Of a stretch of 64,000 nt of DNA, positions 1 to 14,476 are shown piece after piece; the first letter of the stretch is position 1, and each line of letters opens with the position of its first letter. The translations under genes and the position numbers were made by a program. This stretch comes from Eledone cirrhosa (taxonomy: Eukaryota), in contig OZ024743.1 of assembly GCA_964016885.1 (NCBI GenBank), forward strand, positions 229,462,001-229,526,000. The letters run 5' to 3'. Under the pieces are notes generated by a model, which saw only the letters and a program-made list of their open reading frames with translations, had not been told where the DNA came from and made no database searches.

Positions 1-1389
1 CGAAAGAGAAAGATAAAGAAAGCGAGATAGAAATAATATGAGAGAATGTAAGAAAGAGAAAGAGAGTGAGTGACGGAAAAGAGTGAGGGAGAAAGACAGA
101 GAACTTTGGAAAACTGCCTAACCTAATACGATTGTAATAGCGTTGGTTCTACACCTCAACTTAGCAGCGAAAATAACAAATATTTATCTATCTTCGCCAC
201 ATGTATTCTTCAGGCGCTAACCTTGTCAAGAACTTAACGGAAATTCTGCACACTAACAAAACACTCATCGCCATATTACAACAACCCCTCACTGAGAAAT
301 TGAAATTCAATCACAGATTCTCTTATAATTTTAATCTTGCATTTAGATTTATGTCTATTGTTGGAGTTCCAGTTGGAAGGATCTTGATCGATTTATCGAC
401 AAAAAGCTAGATAACTAGTCAAAAGGGTGAGGGTTTCATATCTCAACACGCCTACATTGTACATGGTGGTTAATTGTAAAGGTATCTATGACAACATAGA
501 TCATCCGATAGAATGGTTTGCGATATGTTTGCCTTTCATCATTTCCAGATCGATAAATAAAGAATTAGTCCTGTACGAATGTCGGTTCTTCCTCTATTTC
601 TGTTTCTTACTTCCTCTGTTTCTAGCATTCTCCGACAAAAATCAGCTGTGTTCATACTTGGAGAAGGAACGGGCTCCACCAAGTTTAAATTCAAAAAATC
701 CTGCCGGTGTGAGATTGCATTTTCCTTTCCTTTTTTCCTTTCCTATGGTGCATAATTCCTTTGTTGGAATTATATATATCATGAGTTAGCAAACCACTTC
801 AAGCAGTGGCGCAGTGTATAAAAAAAGGAGTATTTCATTAGCTCTACGCACTTCTGATTTGAAGTGCTCCAAAAACAAGTAACTTCGTTGAGATTCCATC
901 ATGAACTAAACCACAACAACAACAACAAATTCCCGAATATGTTGTATTCGTATTGAGTCGTGAATCCAATTTCAGTGCACTGAATATGTCAAGTAATTTA
1001 AAGAAATTAAAAAGAAATACATAACCCAGTTTTTAAAATGCAAGGTACCACAAGTTTCTGATTTCATGTCTTGTTAAACCAAAGTGAGAGATTGATCTTC
1101 CCTTGGATATGACAATAGACTTTCACATGTCGAGATTTTCAGCTGAAGAATTGAATTCCATACTATAATCATTGTCTACATTGGACCTCCATCAGAGCCG
1201 ATAACAAGTGTTCCACTTGTTTGATCTACGGAACAGCCTGCTCGTGAAATTAAGGTAAAAGTGACTGAAAATTTCACAGATATGTTCCTTTAACATAATC
1301 CTAGTGGACATTCAGCGTAAAAAAGTGTTTGACAAGACAGTTTTTTTCTAATTACAAGTATAACTAATTTTCTCCAGTAGAGTGAAGGG

Positions 1390-1680
1390 AGGTAAAGGCC
1401 AAACTCGCTGTCTTTAATTCGGTATTCGTGCCAACCTTTACTTGTCATGAATCTTGGCTAATAACCGAAATAATACGATCGCGAATACAAGCGGCGGAGG
1501 TGGGATTCCTCCGAAGAGTCTTTGGAGTAACGTTTCTGCATAAAGTGCGTAGCTCGGGGATCAGAGAGTCACTCCAGGTAGAGACGCTACTGCTCCGAAT
1601 CGAGAGATCACAGCTCCTACAGATATTATGGGCATGTGGTTAGAATATCTCTGAAAGAATAACTGAACAGATTTTACGGC
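1390..1680 (+). mobile_element. RTE LINE 3' fragment
   Basis: PTFTCHESWLITEIIRSRIQAAEVGFLRRV...RIERSQL; related to 41147-41660. Confidence 0.85.
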
Positions 1681-2339
1681 AAGAAGAAGAGTGAACTGGA
1701 GTAATATGAAATTAGTGTATTTGCTCAAGGAAACATTGCACTGCCCGATCTAGGAAATGAATTCATGACGTTCCCATTACCTTAACCGCTAAGCCACGCT
1801 CTTTCAATAGAGGTTAATGGAACATCTAATACATTTTTTACTCGAAGATTACTGGCCATGAAGAACAACTAAATATTCAGCTACGAGTGAACGAGGGAGC
1901 CTCTACCTGGTTGCTTAAGCTGCTAAAATAGCAACCGAAAGTGAGTTGAACATTTTAACCACTAAGCCACGCGCCCTTACGAACTTTACATCATACTTTA
2001 CAAGGTATCAACAAACAGCCAGTCTCAAGTAGAAAAGTCTATCGAAGGTGTTGGAAGCCGACTAAGTCAGTATAAGAAGGCGACAAGACAAAGCAAGACT
2101 GGCAGGTGTCAGCTAGATGGTGTAATGGCTAGCGTTGATAAATACTTAATGGCTTTGACAGGTATAGAATGTATACTATAGATGGCCATATAACAGTGTG
2201 TTTTGGGGAGGGACGGCAGGAGAGTGGATTTCTGAATTTTGAGGTGGTAGGGATGCAATGGCGATAGGGTTGGATGACCTAATAGTAATGGTAGCGATGG
2301 TGGTCTCAGTGGTGATCGTAAATGATGTTGAAAGCGAGA

Positions 2340-3395
2340 GGGCGTGGTTATGTTAGTGGTTGTCGTGGTGGTAATAGTTCTAACAGTAATAGTTCTAACG
2401 GTGCCTGTGGTGGTGGTGGTGGCGGGGTGTTGCTTGTGTTGGTAGTTATGGTGGTGGTGTTGCTTGTGGTAATATGGCTTTTGCTGGTGGTGGTGTTCCT
2501 TGTAGTAATTTTGGTGGTGATGGTGGTGTCGCTTGTGTTTGTATCAGTGGTGGTAGTGGTGACACTGGTATTAGTGCAAGTGGTAGCGGTAGAGGTTGGT
2601 GGTAGTAAAATGGTTTTTGGTGGTGGAGGTGGTGAAGGTAATGTTACTTGTGATAGTAGTGCTGGTGGTGGTGTTGCTTGTGGTAGTGGTGGTGGTGGTG
2701 GTGGTGGTGTCACTTGTGTTTGTATTAGTGGTGGTGTAGTGGTGGTTGTTGGTGGTGGTGTTACTTGTAGTAGTATTAGTGCTGGCGGTGGCGATGGTCT
2801 CGCGTGTGGTGGTTGTGGTGGTAGCGGTGGTAGTGGAGGTAGTAGTGGCGCTTGTATTTGTGCTGGTTGTGGCGATGGTAGGTTTTAGAGCTGGTGATGG
2901 TGATGGTCTCGCATGTGGTGGTGGTTGTGGTGATATTATTACTGGTGCTGGTGGCTGTTGTTGTGGTGGTTGTGGTGGTATTATTACTGCTGCTGGTGGC
3001 TGTTGTTGTGGTGGTTGTGGTGGTATTAGTACTGGTTGTGGTGGCGATGGTCTCATGTGTAGGGATAGTGGTGGTGGTGATGTTTGTGCTGCTGGTGGTG
3101 GTGTTTGTGGTGGTATTAGTATTGGTTATGGTGGCTGTGGCGGTGGTGGTTGTACTGGTGGTGGTGGTTGTGCTGGTGATGGTGGAATTAGTATTGGTGC
3201 TGGTGGCTGTTGTTGTGGTGGTTGTGCTGGTGGTGGTGGTTGTAGTGGTATTAGTACTGGTTGTGATGGCGATGGTCTCACGTGTGGGCATAGTGGTGGT
3301 GGTGATGTTTGTGCTGGTGGTAGTGGTGTTTGGGCTGGTGGTGTCTGTGGTGGTATTAGTACTGGTGCTGGTGGCTGTGACGGTGGTGGTTGTTC
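2340..3395. repeat. Degenerate (GGT/TGT/AGT)n low-complexity tract with recurring gatggtctc unit
   Basis: Trinucleotide periodicity; motif recurs at ~2793, 2901, 3046, 3271. Confidence 0.85.
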
Positions 3396-3649
3396 TGTTT
3401 GGTGTCGGCACAGTTTGCCCAATTCCAAAGCCAGTTATTGTGGCCAGCAGTAAATGTGACAAACAAACTGACGTCATATCGTAATATCTAAGATAGACAC
3501 TGATAACTATCTGACGACTGATCCACGTCCTGGGGTTGGTGGGAAGGTACTTAATTAACTGGAGTGAAAGAGGGAGACGGGGGAGAAATGAGGAGGAGGG
3601 AATTAGGTGGAGAGAGGGATGAATAGGGGAAGGGAAAAGAGGTAAAGAT

Positions 3650-3708
<59 letters not shown>

Positions 3709-3769
3709 GAGAGAGTGCGATATATATAGAGAGATGGGGATAGAAATATTAAGAGAAACCGCTAGAGAG

Positions 3770-3845
<76 letters not shown>

Positions 3846-4099
3846 GGGGAGAGACGAAGCAAGGGAAAGACAGAGAGCGAGAGAGGGGCGAGAGAGAAAG
3901 TTAAGAATAGTGATGGAGAGAAGGAGAATGACATTTGGACAGTAAGGAATAAATATACGAAGATAGAGAGATCAAGACAGAAAGAGAGTCTAAGGAATGG
4001 GGGAGATGGATTTTTATAGGGAATGTAAACGAAATAAGATGTGAATGGTTTTAAGAGAAAGATGAGAGATATGTGCAAGGAAGCGTTATAAGGAAGAAA

Positions 4100-4147
4100 G
4101 AAAGAAACTACAGCTAGTAAAATAATAAGGGAAAGACTATAGCTAGT

Positions 4148-4202
<55 letters not shown>

Positions 4203-4472
4203 ATAACTAGTAAAAGTGTAAGAGAAAGACTATATCTAACAAAAGGGAAAGAGAGTTAGTAAGAGAGAGAGAGAGAGGGAGACTATAACTAGTAAAAGAG
4301 TAAGAGAAAGACTATAACTAACAAAAGAGAAAGAGAGGCTATAGCTATTAAGAGAGAGTGAGACAGAGAAAGAGAGCGAGAGACTATAACTAGTAAAAGA
4401 GTAAGAGAAAGACTAACAAAAGAGAAAGAGAGACTATAGATATTAAGAGAAAGTGAGACAGGGAAAGAGAGC

Positions 4473-4538
<66 letters not shown>

Positions 4539-4870
4539 ATAGTTAGTAAAAGATAAAAAGAGAAGCTATAACTTGTTAAAGAGAAAAGTGAGTCTATAGC
4601 TAGTTAGACAGAAAGAGAGAGAGACTGTAGTTAGTAAGGGAGAAATAAAGAAACTATAGCAGTTAACATGAAAGAAAGAGAGAGACTATAGTTAACAAGA
4701 GAGAAAGTGAGAGTATAGCTAATAAAAGAGAAAAAGAGTCTATGGTTAGTAAAAGAGAAGGAAAGACACTATAGAGAAACTATAGTTAACAAGAGAGAAA
4801 GAGATTAAAGTTAGTAAGGGAGAAATAGAGAGACTAAACTAACAAGAGAAGAGGGAGAGACGATAGCTTG
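4100..4870. repeat. GA-rich minisatellite (gactatagctagtaaaagag-like unit)
   Basis: Many diverged units interspersed with (GA)n. Confidence 0.85.
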
Positions 4871-5548
4871 CATGTTTAATGCCGCCATAGTGAATGGCTC
4901 TATTGATTTCTTAAGAATGCAATTTACAAAACTGACAAAAGGAAAAATGAAAATGAAAGGAGTTGATCGTAAGATCAGACCTAGGAAACAATATTTCCGT
5001 TGGTCTTTCCATTGTTGATAGTGTCTCCTTGTCGCAACTATTGGCTGAAGGAGTAACGGGAAATAAATTATTTTACTCAAAAACACAACGGTCCAGGAAT
5101 CGAACCTATGACCTTATGATCGTGAGTCCAACACTTGGCCTTGTCCCTTCATAAGTATCAAAAAGAAGGAGACGGAAAAATGGAAAAGAAATAAAAGAAG
5201 GGAGAGAGAACAAAGTCTACACACCTGCATGTATATATGAGCTACACTCCACGGACAAGATATTAAAGGCATGGCTGAGGGACACAGTGTGTAATACCCA
5301 TCTCACGGAACTTCATCCTAGGACGGGATGTTCTCCTCCATATTTGTCGGGATGGGGGAAATTCGGGAACCAAGGTGGCAGTGTATGACATGAAGGTGAC
5401 CAGCGCAACAATATTGTCAGCGTAGTGACGAGAGGGGAGGAAAATGCCACAGATCAGATGATGACTGGTAGATGGTTATGGGGTGAGCTTTTCAGAATGG
5501 TGGGAAATGTAGGAGGAACAACAATAATAAATGTACAAAGACGATAAT

Positions 5549-5739
5549 TGTTTCTACTTTAGGCACAAGGCCAGCAATTACCCAGTACATTACTGGTACT
5601 TTATTTTATCGACCCCGTAAGGATGAAAGGCAAAGTTAACCTCGGCGGGATTTGAACTCAGACTGTAAAGGGACGTAACTATGCTGGAAAGCATGGCGTC
5701 CAAACCTCTACCGATACTGCCAATTCACCGCCCATGGTG
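5549..5739 (-). mobile_element. tRNA-derived SINE with 19-bp TSD
   Basis: B-box-like gagttcaaatccc and core gcctttcatccttacggggtcgataaaataaagtacc; TSD aatgtacaaagacgataat at 5530 and 5740. Confidence 0.9.
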
Positions 5740-6105
5740 AATGTACAAAGACGATAATGATGATAATGTTGTTGGACCTACGTCCATTCAGACTACAAGA
5801 AGACCCTAACCATTAGGTCACGCGGCTTCACCATCGCTAAAGCATCAAAACCTAATAGATCTAATGTTATGCGTAAATAGAAGAAGAATATCATGCTAGG
5901 TTCTATTAACATTGTGTTTCCAAATCATTATTTGTTGTCATTTAAAAACAATATTAAAAAAGTAAAATACTTGAGCTTTGAATTGTTTCACTTAAGGATG
6001 ACAAAACTAAGACGTGATATCCGACTTTTGCACGGAAACGCGTGTAGGTATTTGGATGTGTATGTAATATATGCAAGAATGTGCATCTATAGACTTACAC
6101 ATATG

Positions 6106-6152
<47 letters not shown>

Positions 6153-6157
6153 ATGTA

Positions 6158-6233
<76 letters not shown>

Positions 6234-7408
6234 CATATATGTGTATGTGTGTGTGTGTGTGTGTACACATAACGCAATATATATATATATATATACATAC
6301 GTCATGAATATATATTCACAAACACATACACACACATATACAAACACCCCTTCCCACACAGACACCCACAATCACCGCCCCACATATATATACCAAAACC
6401 TGCCTTTAATCGCTAAGTTGAACACTATACTTTTTAAATATTATTTCCATTTGTACATATTTTTCATCTTTATCTCAAGTTGTGAGCTCCGCCGTTTATT
6501 CAGTTATTTGAATTTCAGAGCTGAAAGTGCTTTTCCTTGTAACAGCTGATTTCAATTGCCCACCTATAATGAGGTCACCTGATTCTGCCACAGTATGAAA
6601 CTGCTATCAGTATCACTGTGATATATCAATTCGACTCTGGCAGTCTCTCGTATAAAAATCCCCCGTTTGGATTAGGATTGAACTACCACTGATTAAATGT
6701 TAGTCTAGTTTCATTGGTGTTAAGCGACTGAAAGTAAAATATTCCCATCTGAAAATCTGTACCGCCACCAGTACCAGTTGGTGATACTTATCTTATCCAT
6801 ATAGGAATCTTGTACTTTCAGTCACTTATGAATAAACCTCGGCCTGATGTGCCTCCGTGTTTGGATCAGATTTTAAACGTAACCTACACTGTAAAATATT
6901 GTTTCCTTCATAGAATCGAAAACATTTGAGCTGTGTTGAACGAAACATCTACTGAGTCCTGCTATGATATAATCCCTTAGTTTTCATCTTTAATTATGAC
7001 AGTTGTTTTTGTGCCACGCCAGCATGTGGTCTACCAAGTCACTTTCACATTTGTGTGCAGTTTATCAAGTCATTTACACTTTAGCGTGTGGTTTACCTGG
7101 ACATCTACAGTTAAACGAGTGGCCTAACTGCACGTGTACATTCCAACGTGGGTCGACCTCAACTACAAAATTTAACGCTAAACCTAACTCGCTAGACTAG
7201 CCAGATCCTTACGCATCGTAAACTAGAGGCACCCTATAGTAATAATGCTACTTTTAATCTTTAGATATATATCGATTGTTATTGTTTATTCAGCTTCTAA
7301 CATTTAGACCAGAGGTGGGTAACCTTTCCAATCTGAAGAGCTAAATTTAGTTTAAAACATAAAACGATGATTCAAAATATTGTAGTTACGTAATTTATAA
7401 TATAAAAA

Positions 7409-7593
7409 TAATTGTTTCTACTTTTGGCACAAGGCCAGCAATTTCCCAGTACATTACTGGTACTTTATTTTATCGACACCGTAAGGATGAAAGGCAAAGT
7501 TAACCTCGGCGCGATTTGAACTCAGAATGGCAAGGGGCGTATGCGTCAAAGCATGGCGTCCGACCCTCTACCGATACTGCCAATCCACCGCCC
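7409..7593 (-). mobile_element. SINE, same family
   Basis: Same core; flanking aatataaaaataat repeat. Confidence 0.9.
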
Positions 7594-7639
7594 TTAAAAT
7601 ATAAAAATAATACAGATAAGGAAACAAATTATTTAGCTA

Positions 7640-8600
7640 GTGTTTTTCTTACTGAATGCGATTTTTGGCTTAGAGTCTTATCTGAAATTGCTTCACGAGA
7701 TATTGTGTCAAAGGCCTTTGTTAGATCAACAAATACTTCACAGAGATCTTTTTCATGATAAATACCCCCAAGCTAAATGTCATGGCCACTGTTCCAAGGC
7801 CAGTCATAAAACCGTAATGGCTTTAAAGATACATAGTGTTCTCTAAGTCAGCATTTATTCTATTCAAAATTACTCTTGAGAGAAATATTTCTGCGACTGA
7901 AAGGAGTGAGATGCGACGATGACTATCACATTCGAATTTATTGCCTTTATGTTTATATAAATGGATTATTGTTACTGGATTGCTGTTGAGTTCCATATAT
8001 TTATTGATAGCTCAGTGTGATTAGGAGTAAAAAAATTACCGCTATATTTAAACATTTTTCTCACAATTTTTTCCTCGCCAGGGGCTTTTCAATTGGATAG
8101 TTGTTTGATAGATATTTTAACTTCTGCTAAGGATGGTGCTGGTGCAAGAGACTATATCAGACTCTGGCGAATATTATTAATTACATTCATGTCTATATTT
8201 GATGATCTGTTGAGCACATCTTCAGAATATTGTACCCAAGGTTTTATTATATTCTGTCAACTTGTAAACACATTTCATTTGGCAGATATGATAGGAAAGC
8301 TACCATCTTTATTCGACGCAATTACTCCTCTTAGAATTTGATAGAGGGATTTTATGTCACGTTTATCTGCGACTTCAAAATCTTTTACTTTCTTTTCCTA
8401 GTTTTTCCGTCATTCTTCCTAGCATAGCTTGTACTGATACGTTGGCTACATTCTTTTTCTTTGTGCAACAGTTTTCTTTTATCAGCAACTTCCCCTTTCC
8501 ATATGCAATCTATATTTCTTGGAGTCCTATCCTATATCCTCATCATTTTCATAGAACTAATCTTGATGTTTTCGATACGAAAAACTATGAACCTCCCTGG
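7640..8600 (-). pseudogene. Degenerate RTE-clade LINE reverse transcriptase fragment
   Basis: Minus-strand translation gives PSLAEVKISIKQLSN*KAPG, KGNKFECDSHRRISLLSV, FVDLTKAFDTISREA with stops and frameshifts; right boundary approximate. Confidence 0.85.
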
Positions 8601-10756
8601 ATGACTCATGAATGATATTTCTTAAACGTTCCCATGATTAAGACGACAGGGTTGAGTTAGCAAAGAATTTTTAGGGAACCTCTTCTACCCTCCTGCCATA
8701 CATGGGAAAGCAATGTCACCTTAAAAAGGCTGCTTTGTAATTAAGAATACGACACAAAGTATGAAATGGCTTACGAGTGTTTTACAGAGCGGTTATCGAA
8801 TATGATTTATTAAAAGTTAAATCAGAAGGAGTTTCTACTCAGAGTTTCTAATTCTCAATCTTCATGTAAATTTTATACGATTTAAGTTGAAAGGGTTATA
8901 TTGTTTGCTTCTGACAGGACCCACCCGCTGGAAGGAGTGTTTGAGGACTCTGTCTCCACGACCCTCTCATAAATAAGTGGGCGAAAAAGAAGAAGAAGAA
9001 GAAGAAGAAGAAGAAGAAGAAGAAGAAGAAGAAGAAGAAGAAGAAGAATGGTTATATACTGAATGTCGTATGCATTAAATCGATACTTAGTTTATTGAAA
9101 TTTCCCTTTAAGTAGGAGAAAGAAACCCAAAACCTGTAAGCAGCTCTAAAACAAAAAGAGAAAGAAAACATAGAGTGGGTGATAATGTCAGGGAAACAAA
9201 ATTAATTTATCAAGTTACTCTAGATGCTTACAAGATAGGGAGTTTACAGGCAAGCGACAGTTAAAAATATACGTTTCCGCCTGTTAGACCTCGTCGACAG
9301 AGTACAGTCTGCTCAAGCCCACTGATTAGTATTTAGGGTTTTACATTCAGAAAATGTGTTACATATATTTTTGGCCGATACTAATTTACTGTCTATGTAG
9401 AAATACGAAGCATCCACTTTTCTCTCCCTCTCAAAAAAAAAAAAATAAAAATAATAATAATAATATATTTGGGAAACTCTTACCACGCACGTAAGTATGT
9501 ATGTACGTATGTATGTAAGTATATATGTATGTATGGAAGTTTATAAGCATCTGTCTACGCAAATATGTAGGCATGTGAATATATAAGTTTGTACGCATGT
9601 AAGTATGTAGGTATGTAAGTATGTAGGTATGTAAGTATGTAAGTATGTAAGTACATAATTGCGTATGCATCTAAGTAGGTATGTAATAAGTTGATGTGTG
9701 TCTATGTAACTGTATGTAACTAAATATATATGTATGTATATATGTATATATGGTATATATGTACGCACATATCTAAGTAAATATGTACGTATGCGGGTAC
9801 TTTGTTTAAAACCACATGAATATGTCAAAATGGCAAGCCAATTGTACACAGTATATATTTCCAACATTGATGTTATGATATGTACGAAATATTTGTGTGT
9901 GTTAGTCATAACAACACTTGTCTCATCACAGCACAACTTTGTTAAAACATTGTTAGAATATGAACAACTTTCTTCCCCCCTCCTCTTCTAATTATCATCT
10001 ACCAATAAACAACAGCAAAACAAAATTTTGTGTTTCTAACGCTATAAGAAACTTGCCATCTATTTCGGCTTTGGTTTTTTCTTCTATTTTTATACTGTAT
10101 TTTCACTGTCATTTCATTCTTTCTATCTGATGTCCTCGCCTACTAAATATAATTCCTTCTTTCTTTCTCTCTTTCTTTCTTTCTGTCTTTCTTTCTTTCT
10201 TTCTTTTTTTCTTTCTTTCTTTCTTTCTTTCTTTCTTTTTTTCTTTTCCTTTTCTTTAGCTTTCTTTTTTTTAAAAACTATTTTTCGCTTCTTTTTTCAT
10301 TCTTTCTTTTCTAACCCTTTTCTTTCTATTCAATCTCTTTTTTTTCCTTCTCTCTCTCTTCCCTCGTTCTTCTGTTCTTCATTTCTTTCTTCATTTTTCT
10401 CTCTCTGTTCATTCTTCTCTTCTGTTCTTTCTTTCTTCAATTTATTTTCTATTTTTCTTTCTTTCATATTTACTTTCTACCTTTTTCTTCGTTCTTTCTT
10501 CTCTTTCTTCTTACTTTCCTATATTTATTTGTTTGTTTTATCCCCCCCCCCCCTCCACCTTTCTCAATGCTTTCTGTTTATTTTTCGTTCTAGATTCCGA
10601 AATGGCTTCTTCCTTCTTTATTTCTCTCATTCTTTAATGTTATACATTCTTTTTTTATTCCTTCTTTTTTCTTTCTTTCATTCTTCCCTCCCACTACTAC
10701 CCCTTTCTGCCATCATTCATGACAACACTTTAACACATAGTTAACTCATTATAACC

Positions 10757-10787
<31 letters not shown>

Positions 10788-11185
10788 TGTATGTATGTAT
10801 GTATGTATGTATGTATGTATGTATGTATGTATGTATGTATGTATGTATGCAGACACACATATATATATGTATGTGTGTGTGTGTCTGCGCGTGTGTGTAT
10901 GTATATATACATATTATATATATATATATCTACTTAAATATTAGGCATGTAAGAATGTGAGAATGTATGCATGTAAATATGTAGGTAAGTATGTAGGTAT
11001 ATAATTATGTATATAACACACACACACATACATACCCCCCCCAACACACACACACACACCACACACACACACACACCCACACACACATATATATATATAT
11101 ATATATCGACAGTGAAACATATGTAATATGTAAATAAATATGAATATGATGCAACACTGATTCTTTGTTCCCTTACATATTAATG

Positions 11186-11220
<35 letters not shown>

Positions 11221-11221
<1 letters not shown>

Positions 11222-11400
11222 TCAAGCAGCAGTCATGACTATTAATGACTCTGGCATGGCTTGATAAGCCTTCTCCATACTGGTCGATTCTTCGCTTGAG
11301 TTTGCCATTTGTTATGATCACTTCCTTTCCATTTCGTATTCCTTTTTGCAGTATCTTTGAAACCCAGTCTAGGTCTTCGTTGGTTTCTCTACCCTTCGCC
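11221..11400 (-). mobile_element. RTE LINE 3' end
   Basis: Minus frame GRETN/RRPRLGFKDTAKRN..W...NRPVWR, typical RTE C-terminus. Confidence 0.65.
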
Positions 11401-11636
11401 CTGAGAAAAGTACAATTTTATGAAAATTCATATACACCCATCGCCTCAAACGTTTTCAATCAACGTTTACACACAGACACGCACACACATATATATATAT
11501 ATGAAAAGAATCAGGACCCCGACAGCTGAGCTCCGGCCGTTTCGACAGCTAGATCCGAACTCATCGAGTTCTCTGGTGCGTTATGGCCCACCTGCTATCT
11601 TACCACACCCTCTTTATATATATATAAATATATATG

Positions 11637-11823
11637 TAGGAAAATGTATGACCCCGACGGCAGAGCTCAAGCCGTTTCGACGGCTGCTTCTGGAAATAGC
11701 CGTCGAAACGGCTTGAGCTCTGCTGTCGGGGTCATGCATTTTCCTATTACCCACTCTACTACCCTAAGTATTGAGTATTCTGGTGCGTTATGGTCCATCT
11801 GGTTCCTTACCACAACTCCTTCG

Positions 11824-11825
<2 letters not shown>
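11637..11825. mobile_element. Family A mini hairpin insert (3' half of hammerhead plus tail)
   Basis: Arms 11637-11685 / 11698-11746, tail to 11825 then (TA)n; an older copy lies at 11503-11615. Confidence 0.8.
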
Positions 11826-11871
<46 letters not shown>

Positions 11872-11878
<7 letters not shown>

Positions 11879-12314
11879 ATATAAAGTTATTAACTCATAT
11901 AGGTACCCTGCAATTAAAACAAGCTCAAAGTATAAATACCGAGCATTATATAGTAATATATATGTATAAATAAACGGTAAATCTCGTGTCTAAAATTACG
12001 AGGGTATAAGATACCACTAATGTTTTAAACATTTAATCTTAACCATACACTATGATATATTAATTGTATACTGACCGTATCAAAAACATTTCATCTCTCG
12101 GACAGATTTTAGACTCAATCTGTTTCGTCCTGAAAAAATTGTGTTTGTAACAGATAATCTGTAGACTGTCATCAGCGAGAGATAGATGAAATGAAACAAA
12201 ACACCTCTAACCGCAATTTGAGGACCAATTAGTGGTATCTTATACCCTCGTAATTAGACACGAGATTTAGACACGAGATTTACTGTGTTTATTTATACAT
12301 ATATATTACTATAT
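11872..12314 (-). mobile_element. PLE-type 3'-end insert with inverted short arm in (TA)n
   Basis: Inverted repeat 11947-12021 / 12228-12314 encloses the hammerhead; extra tail 11872-11946 only on the left arm. Confidence 0.75.
12093..12183 (-). ncRNA. Type I hammerhead ribozyme with full stem III and GUC site
   Basis: Minus strand: atctctcg-CUGAUGA-ca-gtct...ggac-GAAA-cagatt(gagtctaa)aatctg-UC-cgagagat. 8-bp stem I, 7-bp stem III. Confidence 0.88.
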
Positions 12315-12393
12315 ATATACATATATATAAGCGTTAACCTAATATATTCCTTCCATATACTGTACCGATTGTGTTATTTCTGTTTACCTTACA

Positions 12394-12494
<101 letters not shown>

Positions 12495-13811
12495 GCATAC
12501 ATATATATATACTAGACTAAAACATACCAGCACTAGAATACATACATGCTGCGTGGCTATGCCTTTCATGTGTCTAGAGTTAAGAATTTAGAATATGAAT
12601 ATAACTCACCCAAAAAAAATATTGTATCACGATAGTACCATATGGATGGACAGTTGGTTCAAGATTCTACATCGTATTTTATTGTTAATACCAATTCATA
12701 AAAGTTTTTCTTAATCATACTTTAATACCAACTTCAACTGCTTTCCCATAAACTACTGTGGTTTGAAAGAAATAACATCCAAAGCCCAATCATATAATAA
12801 TCGTACACAGACCCGCCAAAACAGACACACATAGAGGCACACACACACACTCACACACACGCACATACATATACATGTGTATGTATGTGTGTATGTGTTT
12901 GTATGTAACTGTGTAAGTATGTATGTGTGTATGTGTATGTGCCATAAATCTTCTGAAACCAATATTAAGGCTGTGCTTAGTAAGGATTGCATTACATTAA
13001 AAGAATCTAATATAAATACTCTAGCATTAACTGAAATCAATATATGTGATCGTCATAAAATACAGAGTTAGTATCTTTTAGTTTCGCATTAATTGTTTTG
13101 AAGAGAAAATATGTTTGCTGCACAAGATAACACTTGTGGTTATTAACCTGTTCCATTTGTTTGCTTGGAAACGGGAGTTAAGAGAATTTATCATAAATTC
13201 TATGATGAAATTCTTTAGTAAACATAGCTTAATATTGCTTCCAGATTATTTATTTCTGATACTTAGGGGCAAGGGTGTTTTTTCACGACCGTAAGGTCGT
13301 CAGATTGATTCCCAGAGGTCCTTTTTTACATTTTAGTAAGTCACTTTATTTTGTGATTGTTTCAGTTCACACAGCGAGAAAACAAAGGTTCAGTTGTACC
13401 TGTAATTCAAAATGTTAGCTTTGTCACTCATTGTGTCATTCTGAATTTTCCTGATAATTACTTTACCATCCTCCAGGGAAACGCCTTCTCCTTTCTGTCT
13501 GACGGGGCCGTGGGGCGGCCAGCACGTGGGACCCCATTTGCTCATTATACAGAGAGATGGGAAGGGCGAGAGAAATGGAGGCGATGACAGTGTGAGTTCG
13601 GCTCTTCCGTGTTTGGACACATTTATCAGACTGTAGGGTTTATGTAGTTGCAAAGTATTCTACCAAATACATATATTCAGACAGTGTACATGGGTATGTG
13701 GGATGTTCAGCCTCCTGCAAGTTAGTTAGCAGGCTTTTCCGTTGTTCAGACAAGTAGAACACTGATCGTCCATACCAATGGAAGTCCAATGCACACACAC
13801 ATACATACACG

Positions 13812-13862
<51 letters not shown>

Positions 13863-14194
13863 AGAGGGATAGATACGTACGTGCGCGCGCGTGTGTGTTA
13901 ATGTTTGCATGTATGTCTGTGTCTATATCCCGTAATTTAGCGATTCCAGAAAAAAAGGGTTTGACGAAATAAGTAATAGGCTTGAAAAAAATTATTGGGG
14001 TTAATATGATCTAGTAAATCAAGAGATTGCCCCAGCATGGTCGTAGTCTAACGACTGAAACCTCTATAAGAATAAAATAGTTCATAATCTATGTTGTTCG
14101 GCATACTGACCATACGTCTTGTGTTAAATGATTAATGTGTGTGCATGCATGTAGCCGTAATAGATAGGGGGGTCATTTAGAGAGACAGATTGAT

Positions 14195-14300
<106 letters not shown>

Positions 14301-14431
14301 ATGTCTGTATATATATATATATATATTGATATATAAGTTATTCCGGGTTGAATCGGAGGTAACCACAGTAAGTAATTTCTCACGAATGAAACAGTTCTAG
14401 TCCTGTAGAAGCTCTTCTATATTAAAACTAC

Positions 14432-14475
<44 letters not shown>

Positions 14476-14476
<1 letters not shown>

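Noticed and set aside
347-708. Two exon-like segments on the plus strand (347-426, 626-706)
   Set aside because: Splice signals are plausible, but the first has stops in all frames and neither peptide is recognisable.
6001-6050. Hammerhead-like cuaaga-cgtg..cacg-GAAA-cgcg-UG
   Set aside because: Core lacks G5, position 17 is G and there is no stem I; at most a relic.
7310-7400. hAT-like end cagaggtgggtaacct
   Set aside because: No partner TIR; the adjacent coding relic is a LINE RT, not a transposase.
13280-13305. CUGACGA...GAAA on the minus strand
   Set aside because: Falls in a SINE head; no stems I or III.
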